Assembly (NCBI GenBank): GCA_044220955.1
Contig: JBGAQA010000039.1
Span: forward strand, 1 to 56,298
Direction of reading: 5' to 3'
DNA length: 56,298 nucleotides
Source: Sandaracinaceae bacterium
GTDB taxonomy: Bacteria > Myxococcota_A > Polyangia > Polyangiales > Sandaracinaceae
The notes under the pieces were generated by a model. The model had not been told where the DNA came from, made no database searches, and saw nothing but the letters and a program-made list of their open reading frames with translations. Position 1 is the first letter of the stretch. Each line of letters begins with the position of its first letter. Both the position numbers and the translations under genes were made by a program. Shown piece by piece: positions 37,171 through 46,870 of the stretch.

Positions 37171-38424
37171 TCAGGCCCGGATGGCCCGTCGCGCCCGCCG
37201 GCGCCGGGTGGTCGCGATCGCGAGGGCCGCGAGGCCGGCGACGAACGCGGCGCGCGCGGGGCGGGCCCCTGCGCTCGCTCCCACGCGGCAGCTGCAGCCC
37301 CCGGCCAGCGCTCCGCGTCCTCGTGCCCCGTCGAGCCCGAGCGCCGCGTCGCGCGATCCCCCGTCTGCGCCCGGCGGCGCGCCGTCCGGTCGCGCGCCGT
37401 CGGGGGGCGACGCCGCGGCATCGACCCCCGGGACCACGGCGGCATCGACCCCCGGAACGGTGGCCGCGTCGAGGCCGGCATCGCCGGGGGGGCACGCGAG
37501 GTCGCCGCCCGTGCAGTCCTGGTCGACGCCGTCGCCGCACGTCTCGCTCGCCCCCGGATGGACCGCCCCGGCGTGATCGTCGCAGTCGCCCTCGTCGGTG
37601 GCGAAGCCGTCGCCGTCCGCGTCGCAGACGTCGTCGGTGCCGACCGGGCGGCTCTCGCAGCTGCCCGGGCTGCAGTCGTCCATCATCGTCACGCCCGCGA
37701 CGCAGCGCCGACGCGCACCACCCGAGCACGTCCAGACGTCGAACCAGCCGGAAGGGCACGTCGGCGGCGGCGGCGTGCCGTCGCACGTCGGCGCGGGCAT
37801 CGCTCGGTGAGCGCCCTGCGACACCCAGCGCGACGGAGACGTCGCCGAGCAGCTCCCGGCGAAGGGGTCGAACGCGGTGAGGTACGCACCCGCGAGGGGC
37901 CGCGGCTCGAAGTGGGTGTGGGCCCCGGTCGTGCAGCCCGAGCTTCCGATCTGTCCGATCACCTGGCCGCACGTGACCCTCTCGCCCGGCGACACACGCA
38001 CCGAGCCGGTGCGCATGTGGGCGTAGTAGACGGTGTAGGAGCCGTGATCGATCGCCACGTGGTTGCCGAAGCCGCCGCCGAACCCGAGACCGCACGTGGT
38101 CGACGCGCCCGAGGCGGGACACGCCGTGCAGTGGTCGAAGAAGCCGTCGGCGGTGCTGCGGACGACTCCGTCGGCGGCGGCGACGATGTCGTAGCCCGTG
38201 TCGATGGCGCCGTTGCCACCGGCCAGCGAGAAGTCCGAGCCGCGATGCCCGTCGTACGTCGAGCCGCTGCAGTTCCAGTCCTCGGTGCCGCCCGACGCGT
38301 CGTGATCGAAGTAGTACCAGCCTGCGATGCACGAGTCGCAGGCGACGGGGCGGCGGAACAGCTGCGCGTGCGCGGGCGCGGCGACGGCGAAGAACAACGT
38401 GGTGGCGAGCGCGAGGCGCGTCAC
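37171..38424 (-). CDS. M23 family peptidase with a metal-binding repeat and MYXO-CTERM-like anchor
   Basis: Signal peptide; HRGSD, YAHM, IGSSG, HTHFE; DADGDGF...DCDD...HPGASETCGDGVDQDC; GGCSCRVG + TM + RRRR. Confidence 0.88.
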   Translation of the reverse strand: MTRLALATTLFFAVAAPAHAQLFRRPVACDSCIAGWYYFDHDASGGTEDWNCSGSTYDGHRGSDFSLAGGNGAIDTGYDIVAAADGVVRSTADGFFDHCTACPASGASTTCGLGFGGGFGNHVAIDHGSYTVYYAHMRTGSVRVSPGERVTCGQVIGQIGSSGCTTGAHTHFEPRPLAGAYLTAFDPFAGSCSATSPSRWVSQGAHRAMPAPTCDGTPPPPTCPSGWFDVWTCSGGARRRCVAGVTMMDDCSPGSCESRPVGTDDVCDADGDGFATDEGDCDDHAGAVHPGASETCGDGVDQDCTGGDLACPPGDAGLDAATVPGVDAAVVPGVDAAASPPDGARPDGAPPGADGGSRDAALGLDGARGRGALAGGCSCRVGASAGARPARAAFVAGLAALAIATTRRRRARRAIRA

Positions 38425-39128
38425 GGCGCGATCCCCCGGATCACGCGGGGCTCGCCGCGTGCGTCGACGAAGCGCAGTGCGTCGCCGTCGATCTCCAGCG
38501 TGTCGAGCTCGACCGGCGGCGGCACGAAGGCATCCCCCCAGGGCTCCCCGGTGCGGAGCGAGCAGTTGGTGAGGCAAGACGCACGTGCGTCGCCCGCCAC
38601 GCGCGCGATCCAGAGCCCGGCGACGCCGCCGGATCGCGCGCCGACGAAGACCAGCGTCGCGGGATCGACGAAGCGGAGCGCGCCGATCGACGCCAGGCCC
38701 TCGGCCAGCACGAGCGAGCCCTGGGCGCCCTGGACGACGAGCGCGTGGGCGAGCCCGTCGCCGGTGCGCGCGTACGCGAACGCGCTCGCGTCGGGCGCGA
38801 GCACGGGCACGAAGTCGACGCCGGTGTCGATCGCCTCGGCGCCGTCCGGGCCGACGCTCAGGCGCGAGAGCGAGCGGTCCTCGAAGAGCACGAGCGCCCC
38901 GTCACCGAAGGGCTCGGCGCCGATCGCACGGACGGCTCGCCTGGCGTCGCCGCGCGTGATCTCCAGCTCCACGATGGTCGGCCCGTCGCCGCCCGGCGGT
39001 GGCTCCGACACCGTGCGCAGCACCGTGATGGTGGCGCCGCGCTCGAGCGCGGCGCGCGCCGACGGCGTGCTGGAGGCCGAGCAGGCGGCGAGCGCCAGCG
39101 AGAGAGCCACGACGACCTGCCGCACCAT
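38421..39128 (-). CDS. Hypothetical lipoprotein (TolB-like partial propeller)
   Basis: LALAAC lipobox; PVLAPDASAFAY; GTGA coupling to the M23 gene. Confidence 0.6.
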   Translation of the reverse strand: MVRQVVVALSLALAACSASSTPSARAALERGATITVLRTVSEPPPGGDGPTIVELEITRGDARRAVRAIGAEPFGDGALVLFEDRSLSRLSVGPDGAEAIDTGVDFVPVLAPDASAFAYARTGDGLAHALVVQGAQGSLVLAEGLASIGALRFVDPATLVFVGARSGGVAGLWIARVAGDARASCLTNCSLRTGEPWGDAFVPPPVELDTLEIDGDALRFVDARGEPRVIRGIAP

Positions 39129-39241
39129 CCGGCGAGGATACTCCGCCCGGCGCTCGGGCACGCGTCGGGTGAACATGCCGCGGACGCCGCGGGGCGAGGT
39201 GTCGCGGAACGTCGGCGGGGCCGCACTCGCGAGGCGAGCGC

Positions 39242-40366
39242 TCAGGGATGCGTCGCCTCGTCCATCCACACCGCGATTGCGCGGCGCACGGCGCTCGGCG
39301 CCGGCGTGATACGCAGCGTCGCGAGGGCGTCGGCGCTGGACGAGGGCAGCACGTAGAGCACCGACGTCGTGACGCTCGGCGGCGCAGAAGGCGAGGCCGT
39401 CGATGGGATCGTGGTCACCGTCGCGCTGACCTCGGCGGTGGCCGCTGCGGCGACCGCGGTCGGACCGAAGAGGGTCGCGTCCCACGAGCGGCGGAACGCA
39501 GCGACCTCGTCGTCCGTCATCCCGGCCGCGCGCAGGGAGGCGGCGAGCGCCTCGGCCGCCGTGGCCAGCGTGCCGGCCGGCGCGGCGATCGTGATCGAGG
39601 CGCCTGGGGCGGGCGGATCGGCGACCTCGGCCGCGTCCACGATCCCCGGGACGCCGCCCGCGCGCCGCACGCGGAGGATCCGGCCTGGCACGGGATCGCT
39701 CCCCGTCGCGGTGACGCGCAGGGTGCCGTCGGGCTGCGGCTCGAAGCGCAGCGGCAGCGCGGGCGCGCTCGTTCGCTCGCCTCGATAGAAGAGGTGAGCC
39801 CACGCCTCCGTCGGCCCGTCGTCGTCCGGCGGGCGCGGCCACGAGAGGCAGTCGGAGTCGGGCGTCTCGACCGAGCCGAGCGAGGCCGCCTCGCACTCGC
39901 TTCCGAGCGAGCGACAGGGCTCGTCGGCGAGGGTGGGGTAGCGGCCGCCGTGGCAGCTGCCGTCCTGCACGAGCACGCCGTGCCACGAGACGCGGCCCGT
40001 GGCCTCCGCTCCCGAGCCGGCATCGGACGAGGGCGGCCAGTGCTCGACCACCCGCCCACTGGCGATCTCGACGTCGACGTCGACGACGAGCGCCGCCTCG
40101 CCGGGGCGTGCCGCGTCGCGATGGAAGTACAGCACCGGCTTGGCCATCACCACGACCGGCGCCTGCCCGAGCGGGCCCGAGATCACCACGTGGTCGTCCA
40201 GGGTGCCGCGCACGAGCCCCCACTCGTGGACCTCGAACGCGGGGATCGTCGGCGGTGTCGGCGCGCCGGGAGTCGCGGGCGCCGCCAGTGGCGGAGCGCC
40301 GCACGCGCAGGCCGCCAGACCGCTGATCGCCCAGAGAGAGAGGTACGCGCGGCTCGGCATCGCCAT
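39242..40366 (-). CDS. Hypothetical lipoprotein (HEWG...KPVLYF type)
   Basis: LAAC lipobox, FEVHEWG, MAKPVLYFH, LFYRG, AGMTDDEVAAF. Confidence 0.65.
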   Translation of the reverse strand: MAMPSRAYLSLWAISGLAACACGAPPLAAPATPGAPTPPTIPAFEVHEWGLVRGTLDDHVVISGPLGQAPVVVMAKPVLYFHRDAARPGEAALVVDVDVEIASGRVVEHWPPSSDAGSGAEATGRVSWHGVLVQDGSCHGGRYPTLADEPCRSLGSECEAASLGSVETPDSDCLSWPRPPDDDGPTEAWAHLFYRGERTSAPALPLRFEPQPDGTLRVTATGSDPVPGRILRVRRAGGVPGIVDAAEVADPPAPGASITIAAPAGTLATAAEALAASLRAAGMTDDEVAAFRRSWDATLFGPTAVAAAATAEVSATVTTIPSTASPSAPPSVTTSVLYVLPSSSADALATLRITPAPSAVRRAIAVWMDEATHP

Positions 40367-40446
40367 CGGACTCTCGCACAGGCCCGGGGCTTGGCGGTGG
40401 GGACGCGGGAGCGAGGCGCCCGCGGATGAGGCATCATGCCGCTCGC

Positions 40447-40941
40447 ATGAGCGCGAAACCTTCCTCGCAGGCGGGGCTCTGGTGGGCAGGCGTCGTGGTC
40501 GCCGTGGTGGTCGTCGCCGTCGGGTGGCTCCGGGGCCCCGACGGGTCGTCGCCGACGGATGCGTCGAGCGACGGGGTCGCCGCCACCGGTGCAGGCCCTG
40601 CGCCCTCCGGCGACGATCCTGGCGACGTCGCGCCGTCCCACGCCTGTAGCACCGACGAGCGCGCGCGGGTCGCGGGGCTGGAGCCGGGCACCACGCTCGC
40701 GACCGAGTGGCGGCTCGACGCCATCACCTGCCACGACGGCGAGCCGTGCACGCGCCTCGGCTTCTCGCACGCCGAGGAGCGGCTGGTGATCCGCGTCTGC
40801 GCACACGTCGAGGGCGCCCCGCTGCCCCCGACGACGGTCCACGGGCTCGACGTGTTCTTCGATCTCCCTCGGTCGGACGTCGGCGACGCGCGCGTCCGCG
40901 CCCTCGTCGAGGCCGTCGCGGCGACGCTCGGCGCGTCCTGA
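40447..40941 (+). CDS. Hypothetical membrane-anchored protein
   Basis: N-terminal TM segment, four Cys, protein-like composition. Confidence 0.55.
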   Translation: MSAKPSSQAGLWWAGVVVAVVVVAVGWLRGPDGSSPTDASSDGVAATGAGPAPSGDDPGDVAPSHACSTDERARVAGLEPGTTLATEWRLDAITCHDGEPCTRLGFSHAEERLVIRVCAHVEGAPLPPTTVHGLDVFFDLPRSDVGDARVRALVEAVAATLGAS

Positions 40942-40961
40942 GGAAAGGAGCAGGGCGAATC

Positions 40962-41252
40962 ATGGAGGCCGATCCCGAGCCGCGCCGCTTCGAGGGCACC
41001 GTCCGCCGCTCGTACGCGATGGAGGCGACGAGCATCGTGCTCGTCATCGACCGCTACGCAGGCGACATCGAGGCCGGCGACGTCCTCGCCGTCGTCCACG
41101 AGGGCCGGACGCAGCGCGCGAGGGTCGCCACCGTGGCGTGGGGCTCCTCGTTCGGAGCGGACGCCGTGCCGCTGACGCTCGTCGTCGCCGGCATCGACGC
41201 CGACGCCGACTACGCGGGGGCCTCGCTCACGGGCGCCGACGCCCCCGGCTGA
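40962..41252 (+). CDS. Hypothetical protein (96 aa)
   Basis: AAGGAG upstream; beta-rich composition. Confidence 0.55.
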   Translation: MEADPEPRRFEGTVRRSYAMEATSIVLVIDRYAGDIEAGDVLAVVHEGRTQRARVATVAWGSSFGADAVPLTLVVAGIDADADYAGASLTGADAPG

Positions 41253-41277
41253 GGGGCGCCGAACCCTACGCGCGCCC

Positions 41278-42174
41278 CTACGCGGCTTCCTGCGCCACGC
41301 GTGCGCCGCGCAGCCAGAACGACGGCTTGAGGAGCACGGAGTAGTCGGGCTTCTCGACGGCCTCGAACGCCTCGCGCGTCCGCTCGCCGCGCGCGACGGC
41401 GCAGCGCGCGCAGACGCACTCGGCGGGCCCCGCGTCGTAGGTGCTGCCCGCGAGCTTGTCCCAGAGCTTGAAGAAGAAGCCCGTGTGGATCGGCTTGTTC
41501 ACGGTCGACTTCGCGTGGTGCAGGTAGTGCTGGAAGCTCGTGTTGATCCACGGGTGGTGCGCGTCGGGCCAGCGCACCTCGAAGCCCCAGTGCAGGTACA
41601 CCCCGTACCCGTAGAAGAACGCCCCGTAGGTCAGGAAGAGCAGGTCCATGTTGATGGGCATGATCATCGGGATGACCAGCATCGGCAGCGACCGAATGAG
41701 CTGGTCGAGGTGGTCGTCGGCGATCACCGAGAAGGGCGAGGGGTTCGCGAACGCGTGGTGCGGCTTGTGCTGCGACCACCAGAACGCGCGCGTGTGTCCG
41801 AGGCGGTGGTAGGCGAACTCGTAGAGATCGGACGCGATCCACACGAAGAAGAAGGTGAACACCAGGTAGGGCACGCCGTACCCGCCGAGTCCCCCGTAGG
41901 CATGCGACCAGCCCGCGTCCACCAGGTGAAGCGCGAGCGCCGGGCAGAACGTCGCCGTGTAGATGCCCTTGAGCATCTGCAGCACCTCGCGGCGCACCAT
42001 CGCGGGCTTGGGGAACTGCGGGTTCGACTTGTGCTGCCAGGTCTCGAACGTCGGGTGCGCGTAGTACCGATAGAAGAGCGCGCCGGACATCGCCATCGTC
42101 AGCCCGAAGGCGACGACCGTGAGCACGAGCCAGGTCAGCAGGAAGTGGCCCTCTTGGGCGAGCGCGTACAGCAT
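41278..42174 (-). CDS. Sterol desaturase / fatty acid hydroxylase family protein (C-5 sterol desaturase-like)
   Basis: His boxes YHRLGH, HKPHH, YLHWG, HYLHH; NPSPFS; LWDKLAGS. Confidence 0.88.
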   Translation of the reverse strand: MLYALAQEGHFLLTWLVLTVVAFGLTMAMSGALFYRYYAHPTFETWQHKSNPQFPKPAMVRREVLQMLKGIYTATFCPALALHLVDAGWSHAYGGLGGYGVPYLVFTFFFVWIASDLYEFAYHRLGHTRAFWWSQHKPHHAFANPSPFSVIADDHLDQLIRSLPMLVIPMIMPINMDLLFLTYGAFFYGYGVYLHWGFEVRWPDAHHPWINTSFQHYLHHAKSTVNKPIHTGFFFKLWDKLAGSTYDAGPAECVCARCAVARGERTREAFEAVEKPDYSVLLKPSFWLRGARVAQEAA

Positions 42175-42271
42175 CCGGGCAGCTTACCCCGCGCGGGGCC
42201 GTCGCGTCGCGGGGTGCGAGGCCCGAGGGGGTCGGGATCTCGCCGCCGCCATCGGCTAAGCTCCGCGCCCG

Positions 42272-42904
42272 ATGCCGCCCACGCTGGCCCTCCGCACCGT
42301 GATCCGGAAACAAGGCTTCTGGATGCTCGGCGTGAGCTTCGCCGGACTGCTCGTCGGAGCCGTCTTGCTCGGGATCGGCCTCGTGACGGGCTTCGTGCTC
42401 TGCATCGCCATCCCGATCCTCTTGATGGCGCCCTTCGGGATGCTCTGGGGCCTGGTCCTCATGATCTATCCGGACATCCAGCTGGGTCATCTCGGTGACG
42501 GCGCGCGACGCGATCAGGCGCTGGCGCACATCGACTCCGAGCTGCGCGATCCGCGCACGATGTACCAGCCGACCAAGCGTGGATACGTGTGCGTCACGCC
42601 GACCTGGGTCGTGCTCCACGCGGACGACGCGCTCGTCGTCGAGCCGCGGCGGGACATCTTGCTCGTCTACAAGAAGACGACCACGCGCCGCCGCGGCGCG
42701 GCGACCGAGGAGATCAAGATTCGCTCGCGCGCGAAGGACTACACGTGCCCGACGGAGCACCCGGAGAACGACTGGCTCGTCGGCGTCCTGTCGGGGGCGG
42801 CGCCCTGGGCGATCTTCGGCTACCGGCCGGACCTCGCCGACGTCGACCGGCGCGTGCTCGCGCAGCAGGTGGACCAGCGCGCGATGAGCCTGCCCCAGGG
42901 GTAG
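42272..42904 (+). CDS. Hypothetical membrane protein
   Basis: Two N-terminal TM segments followed by a soluble domain ending APWAIFGY. Confidence 0.65.
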   Translation: MPPTLALRTVIRKQGFWMLGVSFAGLLVGAVLLGIGLVTGFVLCIAIPILLMAPFGMLWGLVLMIYPDIQLGHLGDGARRDQALAHIDSELRDPRTMYQPTKRGYVCVTPTWVVLHADDALVVEPRRDILLVYKKTTTRRRGAATEEIKIRSRAKDYTCPTEHPENDWLVGVLSGAAPWAIFGYRPDLADVDRRVLAQQVDQRAMSLPQG

Positions 42905-42994
42905 GCCTCGAGGCGCATGCCGCGCGCGAGCCTCGTCTCCGGCGGAGCGGTACCGGTCTTTACGCGCGGCGCGAGGCGGGCGGATAATCGCCCG

Positions 42995-44239
42995 ATGCAA
43001 AGAGCCAGCATGGCGTTGGCGCTCGCGACCACGCTCGTGCTCGCCGGCGCGCCCGGCGCTCTCGCCCAGCCCGAGACGCGCGGTCCGCTCTCGTTCACGA
43101 CCTGGGACGCCGGCTCGATCACGCTCGACGCCGCGAACATCCGCGTCCTGGTCTACTACCCGACCGGCGCGACCGCGCCGATGCCGGTCGTCGCGGTCGT
43201 CCACGGCTCGTCGCGCACGGGCGCGAACATGGCCGAGATGGCGCGCACGCTCGCGTCCCGCGGCTTCGTGGCGCTCGTGCCCAACATGCCTTGCAACTTC
43301 GTCGCGTGCGATCACGCCGCGAACGCCCGCCAGATCCGGGCGCTGCTCGACTGGGGCGTGGCCCGGAGCGCCGAGGCGGCCTCGCCGATCGCGGGGCTCG
43401 TCGACGGGGAGCGACGCGGCGTCATCGGCCACTCGTACGGGGGGCTCGCCGTCTTCCTCGCCGCCCAGGGACACCCCGAGATCGACGCGGTCGTCGTCCT
43501 CGATGGGCAGGACGACACGGGCGTCGCGGCCGCCGCGGCGCCCACGCTCACGCAGCCGACCGCGCACGTGCTGGCCGAGGACGTGGGCGCCTGCAACGGG
43601 TCGAACTGGAAGGACACGGTGTACCCGCTCACGCCGGCGCCCCACATGCGCGTCGTCGTCACCGGCTCGGCTCACTGCGACGCCGAGGAGCCGGGCGACG
43701 CCATCTGCCCGACGGTGTGCGGCCGCGGTGATGCGTCCCTCTCGGTCTACTTCCGCCGGTACACCGTCGCGTGGATGAGCTGCGCCCTGCAGGCGGACGC
43801 GTCCGTGGCAGACTGGATCGGCGGCACCGAGCTCGACCTGGACCAGGCCGCGTCGCACGTCTCCCTCGTGGCGACGGGCGGCCTCGACGCGCTCCCCTGC
43901 AGGTCGGGGATGCCCCTTCCGGATGCCGGCACCGTCGACGTCGACGCGGGTGGTGCGAGCCCCGACGCGGGCGCGCTCGTCGACGCGGGCGCGCCCCCTG
44001 ACGCTGGCGGTGTGGGCCCCGATGCGGGCGCCGACGCGGGGTCGACGACGACGGGCGACGCGGCGAGCAGCGCGGGCACGGACGGAGGCGTCACCGACGC
44101 CGGGCGCCTGGTCGAGCCGACGAGCGGCGGCTGCGGGTGTGCCGCGGCCGGGCGCCGAGATCGAGCTGCGTCGCTCACCGTGCTCGCGCTCCTGGCGCTC
44201 GTCGCACGCCGCCGTCCGCGAGCCGCCGCCTTGGGGTGA
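42995..44239 (+). CDS. Secreted alpha/beta hydrolase (chlorophyllase/cutinase-like) with MYXO-CTERM-like anchor
   Basis: Signal peptide; VVHG, LASRGF, IGHSYGG, LDG, GSAHC; DAG-rich linker; GGCGC + TM + RRR. Confidence 0.85.
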   Translation: MQRASMALALATTLVLAGAPGALAQPETRGPLSFTTWDAGSITLDAANIRVLVYYPTGATAPMPVVAVVHGSSRTGANMAEMARTLASRGFVALVPNMPCNFVACDHAANARQIRALLDWGVARSAEAASPIAGLVDGERRGVIGHSYGGLAVFLAAQGHPEIDAVVVLDGQDDTGVAAAAAPTLTQPTAHVLAEDVGACNGSNWKDTVYPLTPAPHMRVVVTGSAHCDAEEPGDAICPTVCGRGDASLSVYFRRYTVAWMSCALQADASVADWIGGTELDLDQAASHVSLVATGGLDALPCRSGMPLPDAGTVDVDAGGASPDAGALVDAGAPPDAGGVGPDAGADAGSTTTGDAASSAGTDGGVTDAGRLVEPTSGGCGCAAAGRRDRAASLTVLALLALVARRRPRAAALG

Positions 44240-44842
44240 TCAAGGACAGGAGAACACGGGAGCGAGGGGCGACGCCTCGACGCACGCCATCGTGTTCGAG
44301 CACCCCATCGTCATCGTGCACGTGCGCGCGGCCTCTACGTCCGCTTCGCGCATCATCATCGTGGTCCCGAGCGTGTACGAGGGCAGGTCCATGTCGCAAT
44401 TCGGCTCCGGCGTCGCGCTGCACGCGCAGATCGCCGCGCCGAACGCGCGATCGGCCGCGGTCGCGCGCGAGGCGATCAGCGCCTCGACGCAGGCGCGCGC
44501 GCCCGAGGGGTCGGACGGCGTCTGACACGCGTCCATCTGCAGGCACTCGAACACGGCCTGCACGTAGTCGGTGCGCCCGGTCGTGCAGAGCGGCCGGAGC
44601 GCGTCGTAGAAGCAGATGCGAGGGTGCGTCGGGTCCTCGGCCACGCAGGCGGCCCGCACCGCGTCGACGGCCGCCTCGCACGCGGCGACGCTGCTCGTGC
44701 CCGTATCGGTCGCGCCGCCGCCCGTGTCGGCCCGACCGCCGTCGGTGGCGCCGCTCCCGGCGTCCGCGCCGGAGGTCGGCGACGAGCACGCGAACAGAGC
44801 CAGCGCGAGAAGGAGGTGGGCGCTCGAGGTGCGGATCTTCAT
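44240..44842 (-). CDS. Cys-rich lipoprotein
   Basis: LFAC lipobox, DAG/DTG linker, many Cys in the C-terminal domain. Confidence 0.7.
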   Translation of the reverse strand: MKIRTSSAHLLLALALFACSSPTSGADAGSGATDGGRADTGGGATDTGTSSVAACEAAVDAVRAACVAEDPTHPRICFYDALRPLCTTGRTDYVQAVFECLQMDACQTPSDPSGARACVEALIASRATAADRAFGAAICACSATPEPNCDMDLPSYTLGTTMMMREADVEAARTCTMTMGCSNTMACVEASPLAPVFSCP

Positions 44843-45003
44843 CCGGCCGACGCTACCTCTCCGGGGCCCGAAGATCGCGCGGAAAGTGCAGGGAGGTGTT
44901 GCCCGGCGATCAGCAACTGTGTCGGCTCGCCGCGCCGGCCCCTCCCGTCCGCGGTGCGCGGCGCTTCCGTCCGGGACCTCCGTGGCGAGCTCTCTTGTCG
45001 TGA

Positions 45004-46836
45004 TCACCGCTCCGGGCGGCCGGCGGCCGGGCGCGGCCCATCGAGCACGGCGCGCAGCTTCAGCCCGAGCCCGCGTGGCGTGATCGGCTTCTCGAGGAAT
45101 GCGACCTCGTGGTCGGGCATCGCGTGGCGCAGCACGACGTCGCCGGTGTAGCCCGACATGAAGAGCACACGGATGCCGGGGTGGAGCGCCCGCACGCGCG
45201 TCGCGAGCTCGGCGCCGTCGAGCTCGGGCATCACCACGTCCGTGACGAGCGCGTCGATCCGCTCGGGATGCTCCTCGACGATGCTCAGGGCCTCGGTCGG
45301 GGAGCGCTGCTCGAGGACGTGGTAGCCGAGGTCGCGCAGGATGCGCATCGCGACACGCCGGACCGCGTCGTCGTCCTCGACGAGCAGCACCGTCTCGTCC
45401 CCGCCCACCACCTCCGCGTGCACGGGGAGCGAGGCGCGCAGCCCCGCCGGCTGATCGGCGCGCGGCAGGTAGACGTTGAACGTGGTGCCGGCGCCGAGCC
45501 TGCTGTGGACTCCGATCGCCCCCGCGGCCTGCTTCACCACGCCGAAGACGGTGGCGAGCCCGAGCCCCGAGCCCCGGCCTGCCTCCTTGGTCGTGAAGAA
45601 CGGCTCGAACATCCGAGCCTGGGTCGCCGCGTCCATCCCCGTGCCCGTGTCGGTGACGGCGAGCAGGACGTAGGGCCCCGGGGCGAGGTCGAGATGGACC
45701 CGCGCCTCGGCGTCGTCCACCTCCACGCGGGCGATCTCGACGGTCAGCGTGCCGCCGTGCGGCATCGCGTCGCGCGCGTTGACCACGAGGTTCATCAGCA
45801 CCGACTCGAACTGGCTCCGCTCGATGTGCACGCTCGCGGACCCGGGCGCGAGGATGAACGCGAGCTCGACGTCCTCGCCCAGGACGCGGCGGAGCAAGGA
45901 CTCGATCTCGCGCGCGATGTCGAGCACGTCGACCGCGCGGGAGTCGACGACCGAACGACGGCTGAACGTGAGCAGCTGCTGCGTGAGCTCGGCCGCGCGG
46001 AGCCCGGCGTCGCGGATGTCCATGACGTCGGGCCGCAGCTTCTCGGGCAGCGCCGGATCCGACAGGAGCGTCTGGCCGAAGCTGATCACGACGGAGAGCA
46101 GGTTGTTGAAGTCGTGCGCCACCCCGCCGGCGAGGCGCCCGATCGCGTCCAGCTTCTGCGAGCGGTGGAGCTGCTCTTCCGTGGCGCGCAGCGCCGCCTC
46201 GGCTCGCTGGCGCTGCGCCATCTGCGCCGAGAGGTCGGCGTTCGCGCGGACGAGCTCCGCCGTGCGCTCCTCGACGCGGCGCTCGAGCTCGGAGCCGAGC
46301 TCGCGGAGCCTCTGGTTGGCCTCCTGGATGTCCCGAGCGCGCCGGTAGATCTCCGACTCCATCGCCCCCGCGCGCGTTCGGAGCTCGTCGACGGCCTTGG
46401 CGTGCGTGCTCTCGAGATGCCGTGCCGTGAGGTACTCGGTGACGTCCTCGACGGAGTGGAGGATGAACGCGAGGGTCCCGTCGGACCGCAGCACGGGGGA
46501 GTTGAGCGGGCTCCAGAACCGCCGCTCGAAGGCGCCCGCGCCTCCCGCGCTCCGGACGGGATACTCCTGCACGGCCATCGCGTCGGCGCGCCTCTCGGCC
46601 ACCACGCGGGCGAGCGAGGCGCGCAGGCTGGCGACGGCGCTCGCCGCGGGGTCGGCGGGGTCGTCCGGAAAGACGTCGAAGACGGGGCGCCCCACGATCG
46701 CCTCGCGCGCCGTCATCGTCGCGCGCAGGTACGCGTCGCTCGCCGCGGCGATCTCGAGGTCCGGCGTGAGCACGAGATGCAGGCCCGGCGCGGACTCGAA
46801 CAGGAGGCGGTAGTCGTCGGGGGAGAATGGGCTCAT
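45004..46836 (-). CDS. Hybrid sensor histidine kinase (PAS-HisKA-HATPase-REC)
   Basis: GGVAHDFNNLL, NLVVNARDAM, DTGTGM, FEPFFTTK, GLGLA, LLVEDD, TDVVMP, FLEKP. Confidence 0.95.
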   Translation of the reverse strand: MSPFSPDDYRLLFESAPGLHLVLTPDLEIAAASDAYLRATMTAREAIVGRPVFDVFPDDPADPAASAVASLRASLARVVAERRADAMAVQEYPVRSAGGAGAFERRFWSPLNSPVLRSDGTLAFILHSVEDVTEYLTARHLESTHAKAVDELRTRAGAMESEIYRRARDIQEANQRLRELGSELERRVEERTAELVRANADLSAQMAQRQRAEAALRATEEQLHRSQKLDAIGRLAGGVAHDFNNLLSVVISFGQTLLSDPALPEKLRPDVMDIRDAGLRAAELTQQLLTFSRRSVVDSRAVDVLDIAREIESLLRRVLGEDVELAFILAPGSASVHIERSQFESVLMNLVVNARDAMPHGGTLTVEIARVEVDDAEARVHLDLAPGPYVLLAVTDTGTGMDAATQARMFEPFFTTKEAGRGSGLGLATVFGVVKQAAGAIGVHSRLGAGTTFNVYLPRADQPAGLRASLPVHAEVVGGDETVLLVEDDDAVRRVAMRILRDLGYHVLEQRSPTEALSIVEEHPERIDALVTDVVMPELDGAELATRVRALHPGIRVLFMSGYTGDVVLRHAMPDHEVAFLEKPITPRGLGLKLRAVLDGPRPAAGRPER

Positions 46837-46870
46837 CGGCTGGCAGCGGCGGACCGGACCGTCGCGGGTG

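Noticed and set aside
44899..44913. Possible FNR-type box TTGC-N7-TCAG
   Set aside because: Wrong spacing and an imperfect half-site. The half-sites at 3670, 11752 and 48183 were rejected for the same reason.
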